A stretch of 63,928 bases of DNA, counting the filler, from Hyphochytrium catenoides (taxonomy: Eukaryota; Protista; Hyphochytriomycota), in the NCBI GenBank assembly GCA_900088475.1. It is 10 parts of 10 records of this genome, joined end to end, with 100 filler letters (N's around TTAATTAATTAA, not from the genome) between each part and the next. Parts side by side here need not be neighbours in the genome. Positions count along the whole stretch, not along the records: positions 34,607 to 51,080 come from FLMG01002935.1; 9 more parts are not named here. The stretch is one strand, 5' to 3'. The position numbers and the translations under genes were made by a program. Of the stretch, positions 34,815 through 49,677 are shown one piece after another (the stretch's first letter is position 1; the number at the start of each line of letters is the position of its first letter). The notes below the pieces were generated by a model that had not been told where the DNA came from, searched no databases, and saw nothing but the letters and a program-made list of their open reading frames with translations.

Positions 34815-35599
34815 TCTTACCTTCGGAGACGGAGTGAGGTTGATCTTGACGGTGGAAAGGTGCCTGATGATGATCAAGAACTGCCATGGAGAGTCAGAGA
34901 AAGAGAGAACTTGCAGAGAAACGGATCTCTCTCTCTCATTCAGAGCAGACTCAAAGATTTCGACAGAAGCTTTGAACGGGAGACCAGACGCCTCTATTAA
35001 GAAAAGAGGAGGAAGAGAGAAGAAGAAGAGAGGGATAGAGAAGAAGGAGAGAGAGCAAAGAGGGAAGAGAGAGAGAAAGAGAGAGAGCAGAGAGAGAAAG
35101 GAAAGGGAGAGAGAGACACACAGAGAGACAGACAGAGAGACAGAGAGAGAGAGAGGGAGAGACAGAGGGAGAAAGAGGGAGAGGAGAGAGAGAGAGATAT
35201 AGAGAGAGAGAGAAGTCACTGTTCAGTAAAAGCTAAAGACCGAGAAGAGAGAGAGCCAAACTGTAAGTGCCTAAGTGCTGGGAGGGTTAAAAGACGGAGA
35301 GAGACCTGCGTGAGGACATTCTGTCTCAGGACAGGATCCCGCAGCTGGAGCTTCAGCAGTCTGCTGTTCGTCAGATACTTCGTCTGAAGAAAGAACTCTT
35401 CGTTCTCTCCTTCCTCTTCTTGCATGGCCGAGGCTGTACACAGGAGAGAGACAGCTTGAGCGGGGACACTCGAAGTCCTCTCCAGAGGGGGAATCTCCGG
35501 TCTCTCTTTCTCGTGCAAACTTTTTTGAGAGCTCTCCGTTTCCTCTCTTTTCTCTCTTTGATACACCACTCTTTTTATACCTCGTTGTTTTTGGCCCAT
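34815..35599 (-). CDS. THOC1: THO complex subunit 1 (THOC1/Hpr1)-like, partial exons
   Basis: FFLQTKYLTNSRLLKLQLRDPVLRQNVLTQ|FLIIIRHL resembles the conserved THOC1 block (KFLTS..L..LQL.D..FRR..L.Q.LI...YL). The rest of the gene is lost at the scaffold edge or in the N gap. Confidence 0.7.
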
Positions 35600-35854
35600 C
35601 GGTTCTCTTCTGTTCAGCTCTCTCTCTCTCTCTCTTTCTCTCTTTCTNNNNNNNNNNNNNNNNNNNNNNNNNNNNNNNNNNNNNNNNNNNNNNNNNNNNN
35701 NNNNNNNNNNNNNNTCTCTGCCTCTCTCTCTCTCTCACGCGCTCGCGCTCTCTCTCTCTCTCTATCTCCCTCACTCTCTCTCACGCGCTCGCGCTCTCCC
35801 TCTCTCTCTCTCCCTCTCTCTCTCTCTGTTTCTCTCTCTCTCTCACGCTCTCAA

Positions 35855-35894
<40 letters not shown>

Positions 35895-36395
35895 CTTCTG
35901 TCTCTCTCTCTCTCTCTGGGTGTTTTGCTGTTGTCTCTCTTTCTCCCTCTGTCATTGCCAGCCTCCCTGTCTCCACTATCTCTCTTATCTCATGTTCACC
36001 CCCTTGGTTATCTATCTCTTTCTTGGCCTCTGCCTCTTCCTCTTTTTTCTCTACAAGTAGTCTTTCTTCCTCTTCTCTAGCATCGTTATTTGATGAATGA
36101 TCTTCTTGGCTCTCTTCTCTCTTCAAAGAGCTATTCTGTGTCTCTCTCTCCACGGCTTCCTAGTTCCCAAATGCTTCACACCTTATACTCGAGAGAGAGA
36201 GAGAGAAAAGAGAGAGAAAGGGGGGAGAGAGGGACGAGCACAACATAATGAACGTTGCAAGAACTTTTGAACAGTGAGAGGGAGACGGTTTTACCGACCT
36301 CATAGAGAGGAAAAGGACAAGCACGTACGAGGGAGAGAAGCCGGCGGCAGAGCAACTCCCTGCTTCTCTCAAAGAGAAAGAGAACAGAGAAAGGG

Positions 36396-36439
<44 letters not shown>

Positions 36440-36444
<5 letters not shown>

Positions 36445-36840
36445 GTCCTTTGGCGCGAGGAAGGGCAAGCTCGAGGTGGTGGTGAATGTGTATGACCTCC
36501 ATCCTTCCAATCAGTACTCCCACGGCTGGGGCCTCGGTCTCTTCCACTCTGGAGTGCAGATCAACGGCACAGAGTACACCTTCGGCGCGGGAGGAGGAGT
36601 CTTTAGTCACACCGCAAAAGAGGCACCAGGTGAGAAGGAGAGAGAGAGAGAGAGGACAAGAGAGAAAGAGAGGGAAAGGGAAAGAGAGGGATAGAGGGAA
36701 AGGAGAGAGAGAGAGAGCGAAGGGGGAGAGAAGAGAAAATAAGAGAGAAGAGAGAGGGAGAAAAGGACAGAGAGGTAGAGGACAGGGAGAGCGAGGGAGA
36801 GAAGAGAAAGGAAGAGAGAAGAGAGAGAGAGAAAAGGACG

Positions 36841-36885
<45 letters not shown>

Positions 36886-37081
36886 GGTATCCTTCCCTCT
36901 ATACATAGATTAACCTTCTCTTTCTCTCTCTCTCTCCTCCAGGAGCAATTTTCCGAGAGTCAGTTTCTATGGGAACCTTCGAGGGTCCGGCGCAGGAGGT
37001 GCAGCGCGTAGTCGACAAGCTCAGGGATGAGTTTCCTGGAACAGCTTACAACGTCATTTACCGGCAAGTCTTCTTTCTCTC

Positions 37082-37125
<44 letters not shown>

Positions 37126-38684
37126 AGCTTACAACGTCATTTACCGGCAAGTCTTCTTTCTCTCTCTCTTTCTCTTTCTCTCTCTCTCTCTCTCCCCCCA
37201 ACTCTCTCGCTCTCTCTCTTTCTTTCATTTCTCTCTCTTTCTTTCATTTCTCTCTCTCTCTCTCTCCCAATGAGAAGACCGGCTCATCGATCGTTCTTTC
37301 TACCTGGTCCTATGTATGGCCAAATATTGTCATTCTCCCTTGATCAGCATCTTGTCCCTCTCGCTTTCTCTTTGTATCTTTCTCATTTCTCATCGTCCAT
37401 ATCTCACTCTATTCGTATTTCTTTCTCTTTCTCCTCTGAGTCGCCCTCTCTCTCTCTTCGTTCTCCTTCTCTTACCTGCTCTCCTTTCCCTCTCTGTCTC
37501 TCTCTCTCTCTCTGTCCTCACATTGGAGTCTCTCTCCTCTCTCAGGAACTGCAACACATTTACGAATGAGCTCTGTCTGGCCCTCGTGAACAAGCCCATC
37601 CCGGGCTATATTAACAGAATGGCTTATCTTGGTAGACGGACCAACCATTTTCTTTTCTACTTTTTGCTGCTCTCTCTTTCTTTTTTTCTCTCTCTCTCTC
37701 TGTCACTCTCTCTCTCTTTCTTGCTTTCTTCTTTTCCTCCTAGCGCATTATTGTTACTGAGCATTTTGCTTGCCAAGCGCCTTTAGGGTTTGTACTCTTC
37801 TCTTACTCTTTCTCTCCTGCTTGTAATCTCTCCCTCTGTTTCTTGTGCTTCTTCTCTCCTTTCGTTTTCACTTTTGTCTCACTTCCTCCTACTTNNNNNN
37901 NNNNNNNNNNNNNNNNNNNNNNNNNNNNNNNNNNNNNNNNNNNNNNNNNNNNNNNNNNNNNNNNNNNNNNNNNNNNNNNNNNNNNNNNNNNNNNNNNNNN
38001 NNNNNNNNNNNNNNNNAAACTCTGCGCCTGTTGATGAGAGAGAAGCCGCAGAGGCAACACTTCCTGCGTCTGTGAGCCGACAAACAGGCACAGTGACGGC
38101 CTTCGGAGGTGAGAACGGAGAGAAAGGGAGAGAGGAAAGACAAAGTCAGGAAAGAGGAAAGCGGTAGAGTAGAAGGCTTTTAGGAGGAGAGAGGCAAAGG
38201 AAGCAAGGAGAAAGACGAAGACAGAGAGGAAGAGAAAAAGAGACAGATCCTGCTATATGGTCTCCGAGCTATAGAGCGAGATCACTGCACTGTAAGCGGG
38301 AGAACAAAGGAATGAAAAGAGAGAGAGAGAGAAAGAGAGAGAGTGAATGTGTGCCTGAAAGGAAGCGGGAGAGATGGGATAGGGAGGGGAAAAAATGAAC
38401 CACCACAGGAAAGGGAGAGAGAGAAAGACGAGAAGCGGACTGAGAGAGAAAGGAAGAAGAGAGAGAGAGACACACCATATTCTGAGACGGCTTAGGAGAG
38501 CAAATATACGATGATAGAAGAAGAGAGGGGGCGCCGGGGAAACGAATGGACAATCTACTGACGTTTTATGCTTACAATAGGATCAGGACACTCTTTGGGC
38601 AGCAGCAGCGCTCCCGCGCTAGACAGAGATTCTCTTAGAGAGAGGCGACTGCAAGCTCTCTCCCGGCAGTCCAACGAGAGCTAG
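36440..38684 (+). CDS. PPPDE/DeSI family desumoylating/deubiquitinating peptidase (DESI2-like), multi-exon
   Basis: VNVYDL, GLFHSGVQINGTEYTFG (catalytic His), YNVIYR|NCNTFTNEL (catalytic Cys), IPGYINRMA; last exon GSGHSLG...RERRLQALSRQSNES*. Confidence 0.93.
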
Positions 38685-39539
38685 TCCATGTCGTTTCTCT
38701 TCTCTTTCTCTTGTCCTCTCTCTCCAATGGGCTGCAAGGGGAGAGATCCTGCACATTCTCTACGCGCTCCTCTCTGTAGGAGTCTTTCGCACCTCCTCTG
38801 TCATTCTCTCTCTCTTGCCTCACAGGGTATCCTTATGCATAGGATTGGGTTTTCTCGCTTAACTTCGTCTCCTGTGTCTCTCTTCCTCTCTATTCGTACA
38901 GTCCTCTCTCTCTCTCTCTGTGGAAGCTTAGCTCTTTCCGCGGTCCTCTCCTCACTTTCTGCCTCTCTTCCTCTTTGCTGCCAATGGTAAAAGTGTCGGG
39001 CAGTGGTTGGGATGGATAGCACTTTGGTAAGCCCCAGTCGGCCGAGAAGAAAGAGCAACAGCAGAGCAACACCCTGCGCAGCCTTCTCTCTCTCTGTCTC
39101 TCTCTTCTTTTTCCTGTTTCTCTTCGTATCTATTATGCTAGCTGCCGACGGACAGTCTCTATGGTAATAGCATTTCCAATTCAAGAGGACAAGGCTCTTT
39201 CATCATCTCTCTCCTTATTAGTCTCTTCGCTCTAGCACGACCGCAGCTCAAACAGCTTTGACAGTTGTCTGATAGTCCGCGTACTTCGCTGTTCCCTACT
39301 AAATAAAGCGAGACACCTGGCTAGGGCATGCTTCTCTCTCTCTCTCTCTCTCTCCCTCTCTCCCCCTTTGCTTCCTCTCCTGGACTCTAGCTGTTGACAT
39401 AATATCGGCATAGGCATAAGAAATGGCACATCGTGGGCTCACATCTGTGGCCTCTTGGACCTCAGGGCGTTGAAAGGAAGCTCTGGTAGCACATTCACCA
39501 GCTGATACGCTGCGGCTTGTTAGACAACAGGGAAGAAGA

Positions 39540-39608
39540 CCCCATGAGCTCCCACTTCTTTGTCTTTATGCGGCGACTATGGCACAAAGGCAGTGGGAGC
39601 TCATGGGG
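39540..39608. other. Stem-loop with perfect 17-bp stem (pre-miRNA-like size)
   Basis: ccccatgagctcccact (39540-39556) is the exact reverse complement of agtgggagctcatgggg (39592-39608), with further ctttgt/acaaag pairing inside. Confidence 0.7.
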
Positions 39609-39951
39609 ACGTAGAGATCGAAGACGTCGGCGGAGGAGAGTGGAACGGCTCATGGAGATGGGAAGAGAGAGAGAAGGAGAGTCTTCCTCAGCGCAAGAAG
39701 GAGAGAACCACTAAGAGAAGATGCTGAGTTGGGCGATGGTACTATTAGTTCTGTTAGGTCCGACCAGCACTACGCAGCCAGAGAGACAGCCTCTCACAAC
39801 TTGTCCGTATTCTTTCTTCCTGCAGGCGTCTTTTGTGGCTCAAACGTCTCTTTTCTTTGGTCTAACGTGAGCACTTCTTTCCCATCTCTCTCTCTTTCTC
39901 TCTCTCTTCTCTCGCTTTCTTGCTATCGTTTTTCATGCTCTCCCCAGAACC

Positions 39952-43078
<3,127 letters not shown>

Positions 43079-43966
43079 AGTTTTGCTCGTCCTTCTCTTG
43101 CAGGTCAATTTCGGAAGGATATTGCTCTTCTTACTTCCGTGTGTGGTACGTGGCAGTGGCGATGGGTGGCTCTGGACGAGAGGGGCAAGGTATAGATAAA
43201 GCAAGGTGGGAAAAGATAGAAACTGCTGAGTTTTTGTTGGCGTGTTTTCTTCTCAAGAAACGTCACGTCAGGAGATATGGACAGAAAGGCAGCCGCCAAA
43301 GAATGGTCAGCAGCGAAGCCCTTACTTTAGGGACGAGAGGAGAGAAACAGATAGGAAGAGCCCAAGTCCGCCTAAGCTTGGCAACAGGTAGGCAGAGGGT
43401 GAGGTTGTCTCTGGCTTCCTCCTTGGTTGCGCTTCTCTTCTCTTCTCGAACAGGCAAGCCGTAACGCGAAGAGATTATAGAGATTATTGCCAAAAGCTCC
43501 TCTTTCTTTTGCGAAGATTTATGGTGTCTGGAAATGAAGATTGGTGAGGCAATGATGATTGATAATGTACAGATTTCTAATATGCTATCTATTGCCGTGG
43601 TTATTTTAGTTTATTATGCTGCTTATTGGGAATACCTTCTTGTTCCCTCATAGATGATGCTTTGTCCCTTTGTAATAAAGGTTATAAAAGGTATTCTATT
43701 ACTGGTCTTTTCTATGAGGAACGTGCGCCTGTATGGCCCAAGAGGTGCCGACAAATTATTCTCTACCTTCTCTTCGGGAAGAGATGAGTCAGCCAGAGCA
43801 GCATAAGCCAAAGAGGTTTCCTTTGTTAGTTTGTGAGGAAGGCTCCGCAAGGAGAGACGTAGATGGAGACTAAGAGTCGTCCGGTGCAGTCTTTGGCAGC
43901 ATTTTTCTTAGGGTTTTCCTCTGCTTAGGCAGTGCAGACGCCGTCCATAACGGTACAGATAATAGA

Positions 43967-45496
43967 CTAGTAAGCAGCAGGAGGCTGCTGGACATCGACG
44001 TGAACATGGACATGGACATCTTTCTCTTTCGCGCCCGCTAGAAGGCAGAGACATGAGCCTATCTCTGTTGTTGTTGCCCTTCGGCTAGGCTGTGCTTGAA
44101 CGATCACTTGCACTAAGTGACTGGCAAGTTCGTTGAGTCGCTCCATCTTTGCATCCAGAAGCCAGTGGAGACCTCTTCCCCCATAGCTTTTTATGGCCTC
44201 TTCCACCTCTTTTAACGCTTTCTCATCTCCTTTACAAATAAGAGAGAGACTCTTCAAAGCACAGCTCACGGAGAGAGCACTCCCAACTTCATGGAGCCGT
44301 CTTGCTTCTAAACTTACGCTGTGCGGATCTGGGAGGCTGAGAGGGGAAAGCAGGCGAACCAGAGGCGGTACGGCGCCTGCGGCCTTAACAAGTCGCTTCC
44401 TCTCTCCTCTCCCGGTACTAAGGAGACGCCACAAGGCACCTGCAGCATTAACTCTCTCTCCCTCCGTCCCGCTATCAGCCAGGGATATGAGATAAGGGAC
44501 CGCTCCTGCAGCAATGATAGCGGAGCTCCGTTCTTGCTTGAAGGCTAAGTACCAGAGCGCTCCAGCAGCATTCTCTCTCTGCCTCCCGTTCCCGTAAGCT
44601 AAAAGCTCAACAAGCAAAGGAAATATCTCTTTCTTCTCTCCGATTAGACACTGGTTCTCTCTTTCTCTCGCCAGTATCCACAGGATCCTGGATGTTCTCT
44701 CTTTCTCATAGTCACTTCCTTCCTTCAGAAGCGAGAGCAATAGAGATAACCCTCTTTGCCCTTGCAGCACCGTCACTCTGTACTGCCGTGGAACTTTGGC
44801 CAAGTCAACAAGCGCGTTGAGGGCATTTCTTCGCAGCACCGCGCCTTTGTCTCTAGCCCCATCTCCCATGTTCTGAAGGAAAGAAAGTAAGACCGAGGGA
44901 CCACCTGCGTCACAAATTGCTAGTCTGTTGCCTTGATGACGGGCGAGCTGTCGTAAGATGCCCGCTATGTTCTCCTTCTCCACTGCACTGGCTCTCTCCT
45001 GCTTAGCTAGATGGATGACAGCCGCTATGCCGCCCAAGGCAGCGATTTCAATGGAGTTCGGCACATTGCGCGCCAGCTGCCATAAAGAATAAGAGGCTGA
45101 GACCCTTAGTTCATCGCTGCCGCTGCGGACAAGCTTTAGGAGTCTATGAATCTCTTCCTTGTCGGCGGCAGAAGCAGCCTCCGTTGCTAAAGCAGAAGTT
45201 GCCGCAGGAGGAGGAAGCGCCAAGTTGAGTATGACGGCTGGACATGATGGAAGGAAGCAAGCAGTTCCACCGGTGCCTTTCTTGGTGCGGCCAAATGATA
45301 AAGATAGAATGCGGCTTTCCACTTCAGCTTCACGGATCTTCAGCTTTGTTCCAGGAGGCACAGGAGATGGGGTTGGAGGTAATAATCTATTAAACTTCGT
45401 CAACCAAGCCCTCCGAAGAGAAGAGAAGAGCCGACGCGGAGGCGATGAAAGACTGTCAGACTCTGATTTCTCTCTGTCCTTAGCCCCGCTGGACAT
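43967..45496 (-). CDS. Armadillo-repeat protein (intronless)
   Basis: ~41-aa repeats such as LVELLAYGNGRQRENAAGALWYLA, GAVPYLISLADSGTEGERVNAAGALWRL and GAVPPLVRLL; first ATG at 45496. Confidence 0.88.
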   Translation of the reverse strand: MSSGAKDREKSESDSLSSPPRRLFSSLRRAWLTKFNRLLPPTPSPVPPGTKLKIREAEVESRILSLSFGRTKKGTGGTACFLPSCPAVILNLALPPPAATSALATEAASAADKEEIHRLLKLVRSGSDELRVSASYSLWQLARNVPNSIEIAALGGIAAVIHLAKQERASAVEKENIAGILRQLARHQGNRLAICDAGGPSVLLSFLQNMGDGARDKGAVLRRNALNALVDLAKVPRQYRVTVLQGQRGLSLLLSLLKEGSDYEKERTSRILWILARERENQCLIGEKKEIFPLLVELLAYGNGRQRENAAGALWYLAFKQERSSAIIAAGAVPYLISLADSGTEGERVNAAGALWRLLSTGRGERKRLVKAAGAVPPLVRLLSPLSLPDPHSVSLEARRLHEVGSALSVSCALKSLSLICKGDEKALKEVEEAIKSYGGRGLHWLLDAKMERLNELASHLVQVIVQAQPSRRATTTEIGSCLCLLAGAKEKDVHVHVHVDVQQPPAAY

Positions 45497-46418
45497 CCTT
45501 CTCAAGCCAAATCTAGAAAAGGTTATAAGAGCCAAAGAGAAAGAGCCAGCCACGAAGTTCCCCAGGTCATGCCATTGACTGTAAAAGAGACCTCTGCTGG
45601 GCACCCACTAGCCACCACTCAAGCCATCATATAACTTCCCCACGCCATGCACTAAGATATCGTCTGAGAGAAGTGTCTGGATCTCTGCTTTGTGATCTGC
45701 GTCTCTGTTGAGTCTCAGTCTGGCGCTCACAAGCCGCGCCCAAAGCTTCAGAGATCCTTTGAAGCAGTTGTGGAGGTTCTTTCTGCTATCAGAAGCTGCG
45801 CATCTTTCTGCGTCTGATAATATTCCGGTCCGAGCTACATAACCTTGCAAATCTGTATTATCCCTTTAATTTATCCATGTTGCAACTAATCAACAATTAC
45901 TGAATTAATGTTTGTCATAGGAACTCTTTTGTGGGTTGCGATTGGATATTGTGAACCTAAACAAGCTCCGCCAAGGTGGTGTTGGAGACATTCTGTAACG
46001 CTAATAACCATGTTACCCGCATTACGTGCATATGCCTTTTGTAGCTTTGTACGCCCTATGGTCAGGACCATATTACGCATGGTAGTATCCAGATATAAAG
46101 AGGTCCCATGATTCAAACCCTTGGCCACCTAGGTTTTACCTTCAAAAGAGTGTGACCCATATAACTCAATGGGTGCTGGTTGGGTCACTTCTACGGTATC
46201 CATGGGTTTAGGGTGGGTAACCTGGGCTCTAGAGGGCCGAGAATCAGAGGTCTGACCTTCCTCACAATAATTTTGTCATTCTTGAGCAGCAATAATCTTC
46301 AGAATTGCTCGCTCATCTTAGCGGTGTTGGCTCTGCGGCTGCCGCCAAAGTAAAGAACTCACCATACCTTTGCATTGTTCGCGGTTTCCAAAGCTGTGCT
46401 GTGTGAAAACGAGAAGCG

Positions 46419-49171
46419 ATGTCGTCAAACATCCAGCGTTATGGGGATGCAGGTGTCAACACTGTGGAGGGCAATGTCGCTGGCAGTCGCGCAGCCCGTT
46501 TGGCTAAGCAAAGAGAGAAAGAAAAGCAAGAATATGAGGCTCAAAGACAGGCAATAGAGAGCGAACATGCCAAAGCTGGTGCGCTTAGAGCTTTCCAAGG
46601 GCACAGCGATCATCTCGAAGAAGAGTTCAAGGTGTGCCTGGTCATGTTCCGGTCTGATCAGCTATGATGCTTGTCTGACGTCTTGTCACAGCGCCAAACA
46701 GTGGGATTGGTGACTAATGATGAGTTCAAACGAAGGAGAATTGAGCTTCAGCTAGAAGATAAGAAAGACAAAGAAAGGTAAGCTTCCTGATTAAAGGACA
46801 GAAGTCTTCAGGCCCTCAAAGGCATAAGTGGACTACACTGTTAATGGCGACTGTCTCCCTTCTGCATTTGCCTCGCAGAGACGCAGCAGCTAATGACAAG
46901 AAGCCCAAGATAAAGAAAAGAAAGAAGAAAGTGGCTCTGTCGTTTGCCGAGGACGAGGACGAGGAATCGCCCGAGAGTCCGACTGAGGATAAAAATAACT
47001 CTAATGGGCTAAAAGGTCCGCGGTCTCCTCCTTTCTAGGCTGGCAAGGCTTATGGCCCCCTGGCTCGTTGCCAGCTTCCTACATTGGTGCCAAACCTTCT
47101 CCACTTAACCCCTCAACTCTTCGCGGGCTCCTCTGACAGTGTTGTCTCTCTCTTGTCGCGCTTGCCGTCTCTGCCTCTATTTGTCTTCAATGCTGGTCTT
47201 TAGTCCTAAGAAAAATCGTTTCTCACTTTTGCTAACTGGTGGAACGCAGCGTCGCGAGTGTCCAAGGATCCAGATGTGGAAACGGACTTTCTTCCTGACA
47301 GCGAGCGAGAGAGGCAGCTAGAGCTTGAGAAAGAAAGGTTAAAGGAGGAATGGAAAAGAAAGCAAGAAGAAATCAAAAGTACGCCCTACTCTCTCTTTCT
47401 GTTTCGCCTTCCGTGACTCCCGAGAAATTCTTAAGGAACTTTATTCTTAGCGGCCCCACCCCGCTTTTACTCTCTCCTTCTCTCTCTCTCTCTCTCCTTC
47501 TTTTCTCGCTCTGTTCTATCTCTTCTCTCTCTTTAATCTCTCTGTTCTCTCTCTCCTTGCCTCTCTCTCACTCTCTCTCTCTTTCGCACTCACTGTCTCT
47601 CCACCATTCCTGGCAGAGGAACTGCTCACGGTAACCTATTCGTATTGGGATGGCTCAGGACATAGAAGAGAAGTGACGGTAAGCTTTATATCTCTGCAGG
47701 TCGAATCAGAGCAGGGAAGAGGAAGGACAGGTCTGCTGAGAAAAGGATTCAAGATGAGAGAGAGTCCAAACGGTAGAGGGAACTAGAGGGGTTTAGGTGC
47801 CCAGCCGAAGAGTGCCATAGAAGAGAAGAGCCGTCGATGACTAACCTCATTAATTTTCTCGTTCACTCTTTGTCTTTGAAGGTGGCGAAGGGGACGACAA
47901 TCTTGAAGTTTCTAGAGAAAGTTCGACAGGAGCTCAGCCAAGAGTTTCCTGAGCTCAGAGGCGTGAGCCCTGAGAACCTGATGTACATCAAGGAGGATCT
48001 GATCATACCACACGTACGATATATACTTCTTGCTTAAGTCTTAGACATCTCGCTTGAGCTTCCAGCTAAGGGTGCATCCAGTCTCACCCTTGCTCATACT
48101 TACTGTTGAGGCTCTATATACATCAGCACTCTTCTTAGTGTGAAACTGCGTGGTTCTATATCCTAAGCTTTCCCTTGTTCGGCACACTCACCCGCACTGG
48201 GTCAAGTGTGCTATTGCTTCTTCTCTAATGTTGCTTGGCTCGTTGCCAAGCCTGGAGTACGTCGGCGCTTGCTTTCCCGTCCTGTCCTCTGTGTTGGTTG
48301 ATTTAAACATTCTCTTGCTGAGTCTCCGTTAAGAGGCAGCTTCTCCTTTCAGACGCTACGACGCACTGGCTCTTTCGTCTTCATCGATCTACCGCGCGAC
48401 CCTTATCCTGACACGACTGCTGCTTCTGCTTGATCCTGTTGGCCCTTCCTTCGTTGTTATGCGCTGGGATGCCAGCACTACTCCTTTTATGACTTAATAG
48501 TGACCAAGGCTAGGGGAAAGAGTGGTCCGCTCTTTCACTTCGATGTACATGACGATGTGAGACTTATCCACGATGCCCGAGTGGAGAAAGATGAGGTATG
48601 TTCGTTGTCGCTTTCTCTACTGCTTCTATCTTTTTCTCCCACATAGTGGTATACCCGGCTGGGGCTGGGTACAAGTTTAGAAAGGTTCCCATCTCTTCTG
48701 GTCTTTCCCTGTCTCGTCAACGCATGCTCTCACACAGTGTCTAAGTCCAGTTCGCCTTCGAAACTCTTTGTGCCTGGCTATAGAACTTGCTGGGCCTTGT
48801 GTCTCTTTGCTAACTTAGTCCCGATTATTCATAGAGTCACCCTGGCAAGATTACTGAGCGACGCTGGTACGAGCGAAACAAGCACATATTCCCCGCCAGC
48901 AGATGGGAAGTGGTAAGGACAGTTTGACTTCTGATTTCCACGGTCTTTCATTGTTCGCACACTCTGTACGCCCCCATTTGCTTTGTCTGTCACTTTTTCA
49001 GTTTCAGCTTCTATTCCTCGAGGCGTTATGCTTTTGCTAGTATCTTTCTCTATGAGACGCCCTACCAATCCCGGGCTCACCTGTAAGTGCGTTTCTCATC
49101 ACTCGTGCTCTTCAACTTTTCAGTACGACCCATCCGTCAAGCGAGGGAAGTACACTATCCACGGTGACTAG
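46419..49171 (+). CDS. FAM50: XAP5/FAM50 (XCT) nuclear spliceosome-associated protein, multi-exon
   Basis: [59 protein letters not shown]|[26 protein letters not shown]...[18 protein letters not shown]...YTI. Confidence 0.96.
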
Positions 49172-49677
49172 CGGGATCTCAAGGAGACCCACGAATAGGA
49201 GACGCGTTGTAGAGTATGTATAATGAAGTGCGTTGATTAGACCCGTGATCCAAAGCAACAGTCCTGGGCGTAGCCTACATCTCTCGCGCTTGTGTCGCAC
49301 AACACCAGAAGCAGAGAGTGTCACCCTATCTAGAATTCTCTTCCTTCACCTTCATTCTATGGAATTGCAACCCTGTGTTCTCCCCTTCACCTTTGTTTTC
49401 TCAGCCCATGGAAGGTAGCATCGTTGAGTATTGCCTCCAGCTCACCCAGGGTTGTTATGTTTTTCAACTCCTAAGTTCAAGCTGGCATATGGGTCTCGTA
49501 GTCGCTTTTTTGTTAGATCCTGCCGTGAACCCTCTGTCACTTCTTGATCTTGCTCGAAAGCCTTCAACATGCGGAAGCTAATGTCGAAATCTGCGCTTTG
49601 GGTTCACCCTTAGTCCCGTCAAAGGGTAGCGCACTGAAATAGCTGTCATTGCGTATCTTCTGCTATCGGTCATCTAA

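Noticed and set aside
45608-46128. Short ORFs upstream of the ARM gene, one in frame across a single TAG (possible read-through)
   Set aside because: No ATG start, no recognisable homology, and an in-frame neighbour is expected by chance one time in three.
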